Part shown: piece after piece, positions 14,758 through 26,703 of the stretch | How the letters are laid out: each line of letters starts with the position of its first letter | Numbering within the stretch: position 1 is the first letter of the stretch | Origin: Selaginella moellendorffii | Taxonomy: Eukaryota > Plantae > Lycopodiophyta | Length of the DNA stretch: 60,688 nucleotides | Direction: 5' to 3' | Assembly: GCF_000143415.4 (NCBI RefSeq) | Contig: NW_003314464.1 | Span: 1 to 60,688 of the forward strand | Notes under the pieces: generated by a model | What the model saw: the letters and a program-made list of their open reading frames with translations, nothing else | Database searches by the model: none | What the model was told of the DNA's origin: nothing | Made by a program: the position numbers and the translations under genes

Positions 14758-17700
14758 ATTGTCATTATCCCACTTGTAAAATAAGGTTTCCAAACCTTTA
14801 TATAGTATATAAATATAACAAAATTCAACTACATTGAAGCACATGCCATTTTATTTTAAACAAGGAAATGTCTACTCAATCACTTCTCCTCCCCCTGCCA
14901 CTGCTTCACCTCTCTCTTCTCTTTGTCATCGTCGTCCAATTTCTTTCCATCCTTTTAATATTGGCTCAGTTGCTCCAAGTCTAGGTGGAGCCCAAGTCCC
15001 CATTCAATCTTTACTTTCCCCCTATTAATAAAACAACTTCGTAAACTTCCAATAACATGTTGTAACACTTCTAGTATAATGCAAATCCTCTCAAAGAATT
15101 GTCTTTTAATATTAATACAATGGCATGGAACCCCATGCCATAATAAGTTACATTTTTAAATAAATACATGCCATCTCAGACTGTTATTTTTTTCCTCCAA
15201 CGCCTATACAATAATCTTGGAATTTCATCACTCTCCACACTATCAGGATTTAAACCCAATAGTAATGCCATCTCTTCTCTAATACATCCACGCTCATGTT
15301 CAGTGGTCGAAGAACCCATCCGGTTGAGCAGATTATAGAGATGCGGATAGTGCTTGGCTAGACAATATACATGCCATAAATGATGACTGGTGTCTGTCAG
15401 ACCAAATGGCTTCTGATATACCGTTCCATCTGCCATTTGGTTGATTTCTGCAGCCACCTTCTGGACTGGCCGGTTCTCTATCACCATCGCTCCAAGCCGT
15501 TTTGCAAGGTCCCCTAGAACATACGGTTTCTTCTCCCTAGTTTCCATACTACAAGAGATGGGGTGCACTGCATATGTGTGCGTGTTCGTTGCAGTTTTAA
15601 TCGGCGAGTCATCGATGATGAGGATTTCACTTGACCTAGCAGTCCGGTTCATCACTACAGCCTCTGGCTTGACGAAGATGGGCTTGCTACCCCTCACATG
15701 GACCATAGTCAAGCAATCCTCCTGCGTTAGGAGAAAGTCAAATGGTAATATTACTCGCGTTTGATCGTGCATCATCTGTAGCAATGTTAATGCATTGTGG
15801 CGCATCATGGATGTCCAAACTCCCAATTGCAAATTGAACCCGGCCCTTTGTTTTAAGTGTCGCATGGTCATTATTAGATCCCGCAGTTTCTCCCGTGTGA
15901 TTAATGTGAATCTATCTCTTTTGACCAACTTGCGACCGCAGGCTTTGGAGGGTGCAGTGACATTCGAGGACGAGCCACGCTCATGGGAGAAAAGGACACC
16001 GTTCAGATAAAAAACGATACAGTACCTTTGCCGTGACTCTGAAATGAAATGCATTAGCATAAAAAATGGTACAAGTCAATTTTACCATCTACAATATTAG
16101 CGAATGGTGCTCCCGATGGTCGTTGAGAGGGTTTTGGTCGAGGAAACGTGAAGGGTGGAAATACTCTCCTCTGCAATGTGGGGTCAATCGCATTCGATGG
16201 CGTGTGGGCACATGCCATTTCAGCTGTAGACTCTGGTACAACTGGCTCAACAGTGGCATGGGGTGGTTCCGATGGCGTGTGATCACACGCCATTTCAGCT
16301 GGTGCCTCTGTTGGCAAAGTGGACATGACCGAACAGGCAGCAAGGGCGGTGTAGGGAGGTTCCAACGGCGCATAGTCAGACGATTGGGCACACGTTGAGT
16401 CCGTTAGAAATGAGGATACGACCGGCTTGGCGGCTGGGGCGGCCTCATGCGGGTCCAATGGCGCCTGGTCACCGTCAGTTGGATACGTGGACAAGATTGA
16501 CTCAGTGGTATGGGCAGCATCAAGTGGAGTGTGGTCAGCTTGCTTGGCGTTGATATGGATAGTAGCCTCCACCAGCTCTGATGACTCTTGCAGGCAAGTA
16601 GAGTCCACTGGCGGATCCATATGCATGTCCAAATATCTCCCTTCGATTGAGATGGTATCCTCCCTACTAGCTACTAAAAACAAACTCATTAGCACATTGA
16701 ATCGACTATACTGTATTTACCATCAACTACTATTGAGGAACTAGGACCGATATCACTTGGGCACACTGCTGATTCTGAAGAATTGGACATATGTTTCGAC
16801 CCTTGCTTGGCACTATCCTTCCTTGACACTAAAGGCTAGAGTTTGTATCTTAATTCAACTGAATAATCTCTACTTACCATTTGCTCTGCGACCTACATGG
16901 ACAATGTTAGAAATGGTAAAAGGTTAGGAATGGATGTACTATTATTTACCTGATGGTTTGTCTTGTATGACCTTCCTCCGCTGCTCTTTGGCCACCTCAG
17001 GCTGGCTATCGTCGTCATCATCGTCGTCGTTGTTATTGTGATCGTCACCATTGTGAGGACCATCTAAGTCCTCTTCGTCCTCCTCTTCTTTGTCCTCCTC
17101 TTCGTCCTTCTGCTCTTCCTGCTCATTATCTTTCTCTGGCTCCTCATCCCCCTCCTGCATTTCTTCCATAGGCTGCTTAGGCTGGATGGCTTGTTCTTCT
17201 GGGACCATCTTGGGAAAATCATCTGGCCAAGTCTCCATCTCAAAATACAAGACATCCATAGCCTGTTTTAGTGCGTGACCTAGGACCGTATCCTCACCCG
17301 ACTGTCTTAACATGGTTTTTACACGTTCTTGCACCCTTTGAAGATGACGAGATGAGAAAAATGTGGCCCTGACTTGAAAAGCATCCCTCATCTATTGTAC
17401 CTCTTCATTGAGATTGGGGAAGGGGAGTCTGCTATAGGAATCTGAGTCAGGAGGTGGTGACTGGCTGCTTTCACTCAGCCCTTGATCTGCAATGAATGGC
17501 ATGAGCACACACGCCATAACCGTGAGGCATTACGTATCATCTTTTCGTTGCCCTTCTTCCTTTTCGAATCAAAAGCCTCTGATCCCGACGATTGTCCAAC
17601 GTGCTTTCGCTTTTTATGACCACTGTCAGTTTGAGCTTGGCTGGTGCTTGCCTGTTTTGCCTTTGAAGAAGTGTCTCCTGCTAGGAATGGCATGAGACCA

Positions 17701-18466
17701 CACGCCATTGCAAATATAATTTGTACCTCCTTTTTTCCTATTGCTTGTCTGTTTGTCCTTTTTCGACGCGCCACCAGTGCGCTTTTCAGTCCTCGTGTCT
17801 GAATATTCACAACGATCTATAATCAAAATGGCGTGAGGCCTCACGTGACCTTACCTTGTGCAGGTTGTGAGCTCGGCCCAACATGGGTATCTTCAACAGT
17901 AGCTGTTAACGCCGTTTCAGCATCTGGGGGTGGCCACGCTCCTGCATACAGAGCTTGTGAGATAACATTTAAACTTAAAGTGCGTACTCACCAGGTTCGC
18001 AGAGAAGATACTGTTTTTCTTTGGCAACTGTAATTATATGCTCCATTGAAGTCACCTCTTCAATGGAGTTTGTCACCGCAACACACGGGACACCCTTGAG
18101 TAGTGCGGCTCGAAAGAATAGTCCGCCGCAGTTGTACTCGACAACGCATTTGCCCTTGGAGTCGGAAGCAGGTGACCCACCCGCTATTGCGTTGAAGACC
18201 CAGCTGAGCATTTCCCATGCTGCACCTGGAGCTTTCTCTGGATTCGAAAGCTCCATAGCCATCTTCAGTTCCTCAGGCACGGGTAAATTGACCTCCCTCA
18301 GATCAATTCGATCGGCCTTGTCGAACGAAGCTGGGAAGTCACTCCAGTCCCACTCTGCTGCAGGACCAATAACAAGGGCGAGTGTGAAGATGCGGACATT
18401 CGTTGGTATCTTCTTCTTAGCCATTATCCCATGGATCTCCCGCATCTCCTTGCCTTTCAATCGAGC

Positions 18467-19631
18467 TGTAAGGAACCGACTCCCCGAGATGTCGTAGGCT
18501 AAAGGATCCCCAAAAGCTTGACCGAAATGACAAAGAGTTCATCGGATGGGACCAAGTCGAAGATCGAGTCCAAGACCAACTCTAGGACCGAGTTCGAGAT
18601 AGAGTCCAGAATCGAGTCCGAGACCGACTCGGGGACCGAGTTTGAGTCCGAGTTCGACACCGAGTTCGAGACGGAGTCCGAGATCCGAAATCGGGTCCGA
18701 GACCGAGTCCAAGGTCGAGTCCGAGGTCGGGTCCGAGATCGGGTTCGAGATCGAGTCCGAGATCGAGTCCGAGACCAAATCCGAAGTCGGATCCGAAATC
18801 GGGTCCGAGATCGAGCCAGAGACTAAGTCCAAATACTAATACGGGTCAAGGGGTGAAAGCCCAAAGCGTGCATCTCCCAGGGGGGGGGGGGGGGGGCTGC
18901 AGGGGGTTCCAAAAGTATAGTAGGGATAGTGAGGTCCAGGAACCAGTCTTGAAGGAACTCTCCGGTGGTGCTTCCAAACTGACTTGAGGTTGAGACTGGG
19001 GCCGAGGGGCCTTGGGTGGGAGTGAGCATGGGCCTGAGTGGTGCCGGAGGGGCCACCCAGGGAAGTGCTCAAGAGCAGCTCCCACTCCCGAAAGGGAAAC
19101 CGACTGCGGTGCTCCCGGCTCAGGTGGAGTGGTGCCCCACTTGAGTACCTTGTGGCTCATTGGTCCTCGCCCTTCCTAGGGGCTTGGGCCTTCCCTTCGG
19201 GATGAAAGTGGGGGGGTAGAGGTACCCATACCGGGCCGTTAGGCCATGGTGTTTTGCCCCGACATCCCGAAGCAAGTGCTGCACCCAAGACTTGGGATTT
19301 AGAGGGTCCCATGATCAAGTCTTGTGGTACCAAGGGGTGTTAGGAATCTGGAGGCTTGGTGTGCTTGGCTGTTTGTGCCTGCGGGGAGTGTAGCCGAACC
19401 TTAAGTCCAGTCTAACCCGGGGAGGGGGATTGGGAGAGATTTGGGAATCCGTAGATGGATGGCTAACACTCCGTTGTTCATGTAGTAAGTAGTTGAAACC
19501 AAGTAGGACCAAGTAGGAGCTGGTACCATAGGCGGGAACCTTGGCGAGGGAACTTAGCACAAGCCAAGGCAGAGTTGGTCGGATAGACGAGGTAAGCTGG
19601 CAAATTGGAAAGGAAAAATTTGTGGCTTACA
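18467..19631 (+). repeat. 5' LTR
   Basis: TGTAAGG...GGCTTACA; near-identical to 25548-26703; contains a CCGAGT/CCGAGA hexamer array. Confidence 0.95.
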
Positions 19632-19634
19632 ATT

Positions 19635-19646
19635 TGGTATCAGAGC
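19635..19646 (+). promoter_or_regulatory. Primer-binding site complementary to tRNA-iMet
   Basis: TGGTATCAGAGC, 3 nt after the 5' LTR end. Confidence 0.93.
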
Positions 19647-22600
19647 TTCTTCCTCAGTTCTAGCGAAGGATAGAGGCGGATTGCTGGGAGATGGCGAGGG
19701 CAGGACGTAAGAGAACCCAGGCAGAGACGGAACCTCCTCCAGAGCTGGAGCCTCCGGTCGAACAGGAGGCTATGGATGAGGAATCCTTGCATGAGGAGGA
19801 CTCCAGTGAGGCAACTTCCAAATAGGAGTCTGGTGGTGAGGTTCGGTCGTCCAAGGCTCGATTGGATGCTCTAGAAGGACAATTGGCACAGACCAATGCC
19901 CTGCTAAAGACTCTCATACGCAAGCTAAAGCGTGACGAGAAGCGGAAGAAAAAGCGAAAGACTGCGGATGCTGGTAGCGCAGAAGGTGCGGACCCTTCGG
20001 CAGGGACTGAGGCAAAACCAGACAAGGTCGAAAAGACCAAAGTGGAATCAGTCCCTCAGGCAGTTCCCAAGTACAAACCAAAGCCCCCACCGGTCTTCAA
20101 GGGAGTGAACGACTATAAGGTGGTGGAGGATTGGTTTTACGATATGGAGGACTACTTCCGAGCGTTGTGATTACCGAGCTCAAAGAAGGTCCCATGTGCA
20201 AAACCATACTTGGCGGATAATGCCAAGTCTTGGTGGAGAACGACAGAGGCCAACGAAGGATCGGTGGCCACTTGGGAAATGATGAAGGCAAGGATCCGCG
20301 CAACTTACGTTCCTCCGAATGCTACTCTGCATCTAAGGGACGAGCTGAGTAGGCTGAAGCAGACTGGAACCATTCAGGAGTATGTGAATGGGTTTATGGC
20401 AAAGAGGATACTTGTCACGGACATGGGGGATATGGATGCGTTCCATGCCTTCATATCAGGTTTGCAAACCTTGGCTCGCGGCGAGGTAATGCGGTGGAAC
20501 CCGACCAACTACAAGGAAGCGTTGGATGCGGCCATCAAGGTGCATTTCAACGATAACCTGCGAAAGGGGAACACGACGGGGTCGGGATCCACGTTTAGCA
20601 AAGGGGCCAAACCAAGGGGAACGTTTAGCAGAGGGAAATTCAAGAAGAGTTTCTCTAAGAATGAGTCCTCGAGGTTCCGGAAAGGCAGATCCGATGGCCA
20701 GCGAGCGAGTACTTGGGGGAGCTAAGCGAAAAGAGACAAACCCATGGATAAGAAGGTCAAGTCGTATAGCAGCGTGGGAAACAATGTATGCTACAACTGC
20801 GGTGAAGCAGGACACTTCTCGAGGGAATGTCCCTACTCGAAGAAGGCCAGAGCCAATATGGCCATCAAGTCGGGTGAAGTCCAAACGGAGGTATGTGATC
20901 CAGTCCCTAACTCAAAGTTACTCATTACACAAGCAACTTTGGTAGAGAGTCGTTCGCGACATCTACTAGCCCTCCAAAGGAAGCTCAGAGGTAGCTTTGT
21001 TAAAATCCTTATTGACACGGGTGCTTCGGATAATTTTGTGGCTGCAAACATAGTCTGGCAAGCCGGACTAACGGTGCAGCGGCTAGGCGATCCAAGGACT
21101 ATAGAGTTTGTTCAAGGTAGCCAAAGCACCGATGAGGTACTTCGACAAGCGAGAGTCGAAGTGGGGACTTGGAAGGTGGACATGGATTTCACCATGTTGG
21201 ACATGGCGGGATTTGACGTGATCTTCGGAATGGACTGGTTCAATCGATTTGTGGTAGCCCTGCATGGACAAGGTAGAAATCTTGTGGTACTGGCGAATGC
21301 CCAAGGAAGAAGATCTAGGGTGGAGGCCCAAGATCCAAAGGTAGGGCAAAGCATGGCCAAAGATTCCTGCTTAAACCTGGTGTCCACGAGAGGACAACTA
21401 ACTAAAGGAACTAAGGCGGCCTTTTTGTGCTTACTCTCGGTGAAGAGTGACAAAAAGACAGGAATGGAAGAAGTACCTTTAGTGATCCAGCAGGTGTTGG
21501 ACCAATTCCAGGATACCATGCCGGAGGAGCTACCGGCGGGGCTACCCCCAGCACGACCGATAGAACATAAGATTGAGCTGGTCGAGGGTGCTGAGGCAGT
21601 GGTTCGTCCCCCTTATCGTTTGAACGAAAAAGAACTCAAGGAGCTCAAGTGCCAACTAGAGGAGTTGGTGGACAAAGGGTATGTTAGGTTGAGCAAGTCG
21701 CCGTATGGGGCGCCGGTGTTATTTGTGAAAAAGAAAGATGGATCTATGCGCATGTGCATAGACTACCGGTTGCTCAACAAGTATACAAAGAAGAACAAGT
21801 ACCCTTTGCCAAGGATTGAGGACCTGTTCGATAGGTTGGGAAAGGCAAAATACTTCTCGAGGATTGACCTAAGGTCAGGATACTACCAGATCAGGGTAAC
21901 CGAGGAAGATGTCGAGAAGACAACCTGTCGAACGAGGTATGGGAGCTTTGACTTTCTGGTGATGCCCTTCGGGCTATGTAATGCACCAGTAACGTTTTTG
22001 GTGCTAATGAACCACATCTTTGTACCCTATCTGGATCACTTCGTGGTCGTCTATATCGACGACATCCTGATCTATAGCGAGACGCTAGAGGAGCATGCCG
22101 AACACTTGGCGAAGGTGTTTGAGAAACTAAGGGAACACAAACTGTATGCTAAAGAGAGCAAATGTGACTTTGCTCAACAAGAGGTAAAGTTTCTTGGGCA
22201 TGTGGTGGGCCAGGACGGGCTCAAGGTGGACCCGGAGAAGGTCCAAGCGATCCAGGAATGGGAGCGACCATCCAATGTACACGAGTTGAGGGCATTCCTG
22301 GGGCTATGCAACTACTATCGAAAGTTTATCAGACACTATTCGAGAGTAGCCCTGCCTTTAACGGACCAAACGGGAAAAGGGAAGATGGTGTGGACAGCGG
22401 AATGCGAGGCGGCATTCTTCCACCTCAAAGGGAAGTTGAGGAAGGCTCCCGTATTGGCATTATCAGACTTTGGTAAGGACTTTGAGGTAGAAACGGATGC
22501 TTCGGACTTTGCGTTGGGCACAGTTTGAAGCAAGACAACCATCCGGTAGCGTTCTTCTCGAAGAAGTTGGACAAGGCTCAACGGAAGTGGCCTGCCCACG

Positions 22601-23563
22601 AGAAGGAATTGTTTGTGGTGGTCAAGGTGCTGAAGGAGTGGCGACACTACCTTGGGAGACACTTCAAGGTTTACACGGACAATGTGGCAACGAAACACTT
22701 CTTGTCACAGCCCGACCTAAGAGGGAAACAAGGTCGGTGGGCCAATGCCTTCGCTGAGTTTGATTGCGAGATTCTGTACAAGCCTGGGAAGAGCAACATC
22801 GTGGCGGATGCGCTAAGTCGAAAAGCGAGCTTGAGGTTGGCAATATCCAGCGCAACAGCAACCTTCTGGGACGATGTGCGGATAGCATATGAGAACGATG
22901 GTCTAGCACAAGAAGTGTTGCTGAGGAATCTAGAGGTGCGGGAAGCTCACCAGAGAGGTGAGCTGCCAGCAGAGGAGAAAATGGGCTATGCAGAACGCAA
23001 CGGACTCATCTATTACAAGCAAACGAGGGTGTATGTTCCAGAAGGGGAACTAAGGAAGGTGGCCTTAGAAGAGTGTCATGACGGACCTCTTGCGGGACAC
23101 GACGGAGTGCCCAAGACGATGGGCTTACTCAAAAGGAAGTACCATTGGCCAGATATGGCTAAGGACGTCCAAGACTATGTAAAGACATGTCCAACATGTC
23201 AGCAGGTAAAAGCCGTGACTAAGGCTAGTGGGGGCTTGTTGCAAAGCATCCCAATTCCAGATCGCCCGTGGAAATGTCTTACGATGGACTTCATCACGGG
23301 ACTCCCCCCAAGCGAGGGGTTTGATGCGATATTCGTGGTGGTGGACCGATTTTCTAAAATGGCAAATTTCATACCCACCACAACGGAAGTGGATGCGGAA
23401 GGTGTGGCGAAGCTGTTCTTCGAACAAGTGGTTTGAGTGCGGGGAAGGCTGGAAGAGATCATCTCAGATCGAGATAAAATCTTCACCAGTAGGTTTTGGA
23501 GGACTCTCCTGGAACAGTATCGCACCAAGCTAAAATTCAGCACAGCCTATCACCCACAGACAG

Positions 23564-23610
23564 GTATTGGGTATTAAGTCAAGTTTAATGGCACTAACAC
23601 TTCTTGACAG
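23564..23610 (+). other. 47-nt GT-AG intron in the integrase core
   Basis: HPQT-G|GTATTG...CACTAAC...TTGACAG|AC-GQT. Splicing restores [12 protein letters not shown]. Confidence 0.85.
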
Positions 23611-24028
23611 ACGGACAAACAAAAAGGGTGAATAGGCAGCTGGAGGATTATTTGCGATGCTATGTCTCGGGAGACCAGACCGATTGGGTAAGTCATTTGG
23701 GACTTGCGGACATGTGTTATAACAACTCACCACATTTGAGTATCGGGGTGAGTCCATGGGAAGTCATCAATGGGCGAGCTATTGAAGGTCCTGTGGAACT
23801 CGGCGTGGCCGAGTATCATGGAGAGTTGCCCGCAGTAGAGGCATTCACGGCGGAAAGACTCAGCATTTGGAATCTAGTGAGGGATTCCTTGGAACGGGCT
23901 CAACAAAGGCAAACCAAATACGCGAACCAGAAGCGTCGGGATGTAGAGTTCCAAGCTGGGGAGAAGGTGTGGCTGAACACCAAGAACCTCAGACTACCAA
24001 GTGGGATCAGCCGAAAGTTGACCCAAAG

Positions 24029-24080
24029 GTAAAGATGCATGTATTCCTGTAAATGAATTGATCTTGAGTTCCTTAAGCAG
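24029..24080 (+). other. 52-nt GT-AG intron in the integrase C-terminal region
   Basis: KLTQ-AG|GTAAAG...TTAAGCAG|G-FAGPY. Splicing restores KLTQRFAGPYKI. Confidence 0.85.
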
Positions 24081-24351
24081 GTTTGCGGGGCCTTACAAGA
24101 TTGAGGCACGAATCGGTAAAGTGGCTTACCGACTCCGACTTCCTCGAGAGATGGGGAAGATGCACCCAGTGTTCCACGTGAACTTACTCAAGCCGTACTT
24201 TGAGGATCCGCTTCGCAAGGACCAAGTGAGACCTTTACCTGAGGTTATCCAAGGGGAAGAGGAATACGAAGTTGAGGCCATCCTCAATGCGCGCAAGAGC
24301 AAGCGACAAGGACGCAAGGTGAGAGAGTTCCATGTGAAGTGGAAAGGATTT

Positions 24352-25027
24352 TGTAGCGCACCTTATCTCTCTCCCCTTAAGCCAACTGGAAAAGGGGCAA
24401 TTTGCTTGATGAGAGAGCCCTTAGTGGCTATTTTATCCCCATTTATCCCCCAAGGTTCCAAGGATCCACGGTGACAGTATATCCAAATCTCATCCCATGA
24501 TCACATGCGCTACACTCACCCCCCCTTCAGAGATGTCAATGTCCTCATTGACTATTGACTAGCAACCCCTACTGAGCCAAGGGGAACCAGCACCTCCATT
24601 TCCGCACTCAATCTACCAATCCTTCCATTGTGTAGACTAGCTATTCCATGTGAGGCAACTAGTCATCCACCCGTACCGCAGTCCCACGGTGGATACCTTC
24701 GTCCGTGGATACTCCACACAAGAGGAAGGACGTACGCATGGATGCCCAATACGTACGATTTCAAATTTAGGGGTAGGAATATACCTTGCTCAAGGGTATA
24801 TTATACTTTTTAAGTAGCCACTAATCAATGGGAATCGAACCCGTGCCATTTGCTCTGATACCAATTGTACCGCACCTTATCTCTCTCCCCTTAAGCCAAC
24901 TGGAAAAGGGGCAATTGCTTGATGAGAGAGCCCTTAGTGGCTATTTTATCCCCATTTATCCCCCAAGGTTCCAAGGATCCACGGTGACAGTATATCCAAA
25001 TCTCATCCCATGATCACATGCGCTACA
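24352..25027 (-). mobile_element. TRIM (terminal-repeat retrotransposon in miniature), 676 bp
   Basis: LTRs 24352-24514 and 24866-25027 differ by one substitution and one indel and have TGTAGCGCA/TGCGCTACA ends. TSD GATTT at 24347-24351 and 25028-25032. Minus-strand PBS at 24852-24863 and PPT at ~24515-24528. Inserted in the host chromodomain. Confidence 0.95.
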
Positions 25028-25547
25028 GATTTCCACACTGCGAAGCAACATGGGAACCGGAGGAGAACTTAGCGAACGCACGAGATCTAGTGGAGGAATT
25101 TCTGCAAGGCAGAACTCTATGTACTTATGCAAAATTCAATTAAAAATAATCAATTTGCAAAGTTGAGCAAGTGGCATATGTTGGGACCCGAAGGCGCGCC
25201 GAAGGTAAGCTAATTAGCATGGGTTGGATAGGTCGACCAGGCGTAAGGCACTACGCCCGACTCCCCACAGGGATGTCGAATCCGTAGACGTATTCTACGG
25301 AGGTTGGGTTCGAGTCCCAACCCCCTAGTAAAGCAAGGCTGGGTTCAAGTCCCAACCCCATACTAGGGCGTGGTGAGGTTAGGGGTATAGGGACATCTAT
25401 ATTCCGTTGTCATGGGCTTTTGGCCTGGGAGGCTAACTTAGGCACACTGCTAAGTGGGGGGATGCCCCCGGAGACATGGTCAACAAGTCGTGGGATAAAA
25501 CGAGACGTTCGATGTGGGCATCGAACTTCTTCTATGGGTGGTGGAGT

Positions 25548-26703
25548 TGTATAGAACCGACTCCCCGAGATGTCGTAGGCTAAAGGATCCCCAAAAGCTT
25601 GACCGAAATGACAAAGAGTTCATCGGATGGGACCAAGTCGAGGATCGAGTTCAAGACCGACTCTAGGACCAAGTTCGAGATAGAGTTCAGAATCGAGTCC
25701 GAGACCGACTCGGGGACCGAGTTCGAGTCCGAGTTCAAGACCGAGTTCGAGACGGAGTCCGAGATCCGAATTCGGGTCCGAGACCAAGTCCGAGGTTGAG
25801 TCCGAGGTCGGGTCCGAGATCGGCTCCAAGATCGAGTCCAAATCGAGTCCGAGACCGAATCTGAAGTCGGATCCGAAATCGGGTCCGAGATCGAGCCAGA
25901 GACTAAGTCCAAATACTAATACGGGTCAAGGGGTGAAAGCCCAAAGCGTGCGTCTCTCAGCGGGGGGGCTACAGGGGGTTCCAAAAGTATAGTAGGGATA
26001 GTGAGGTCCAGGAACCAGTCTTGAAGGAACTCTCCGGTGGTGCTTCCAAACTGACTTGAGGTTGAGACTGGGGCCGAGGGGCCTTGGGTGGGAGTGAGCA
26101 TGGGCTTGAGTGGTGCCGGAGGGGCCACCCAGGGAAGTGCTCAAGAGCAGCTCCCACTCCCGAAAGGGAAACCGACTGCGGTGCTCCCGGCTCAGGTGGA
26201 GTTGTGCCCCACTTGAGTACCTTGTGGCTCATTGGTCCTCGCCCTTCCTAGGGGCTTCGGCCTTCCCTTCGGGATGGAAGTGGGGGGGTAGAGGTACCCA
26301 TACCGGGCCGTTAGGCCACGGTGTTTTGCCCCGACATCCCGAAGCAAGTGCTGCACCCAAGACTTGGGATTTAGAGGGTCCCATGATCAAGTCTTGTGGT
26401 ACCAAGGGGTGTTAGGAATCTGGAGGCTTGGTGTGCTTGGCTGTTTGTGCCTGCGGGGAGTGTAGCCGAACCTTAAGTCCAGTCTAACCCGGGGAGGGAG
26501 ATTGGGAGAAATTTGGGAATCCGTAGATGGATGGCTAACACTCCGTTGCTCGTGCAGTAAATAGCTGAAACCAAGTAGGACCAAGTAGGAGCTGGTACCA
26601 TAGGCGGGAACCTTGGCGAGGGAACTTAGCACAAGCCAAGGCAGAGTTGGTCGGATAGACGAGGTAAGCTGGCAAATTGGAAAGGAAAAATTTGTGGCTT
26701 ACA
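25548..26703 (+). repeat. 3' LTR
   Basis: TGTATAG...GGCTTACA, followed by TSD CGAGC. Confidence 0.95.

Larger units (their letters stand above)
19691..25143 (+). pseudogene. gag-pol polyprotein with C-terminal chromodomain; two apparent introns and a TRIM insertion
   Basis: ATG 19691; gag AKSWW; [14 protein letters not shown]; LIDTGAS; YIDD; TDASDFALG; integrase HDGPLAGH...CPTC, MDFI, DRD; GPY; chromodomain YEVEAIL...VKWKGF|PHCEATWEPEENL. In-frame stops at ~19823, 20168, 20723 and 23434; frameshift at ~22525. Confidence 0.93.
18467..26703 (+). mobile_element. Full-length Ty3/gypsy chromovirus LTR retrotransposon (inactivated)
   Basis: TG...CA LTRs at 18467-19631 and 25548-26703. TSD CGAGC at 18462-18466 and 26704-26708. 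PBS TGGTATCAGAGC at 19635-19646; PPT at ~25534-25546. gag, CCHC knuckle, protease, RT, RNaseH, integrase and chromodomain are present. Confidence 0.97.

Noticed and set aside
18518-18839. ORFs rich in ES/ET/RPRP/RVRD repeats (also ~10758-11308, 25580-25912, 41995-43195)
   Set aside because: They are translations of hexamer arrays inside LTRs, open in several frames, and not genes.
25108-25162. Third intron after the chromodomain
   Set aside because: AT-rich and of intron size, but it lacks a convincing donor and there is no conserved downstream protein to test the frame.
25281-25357. A true tRNA gene
   Set aside because: Only T-arm-like hairpins are present; I found no acceptor stem, D-arm or A-box.
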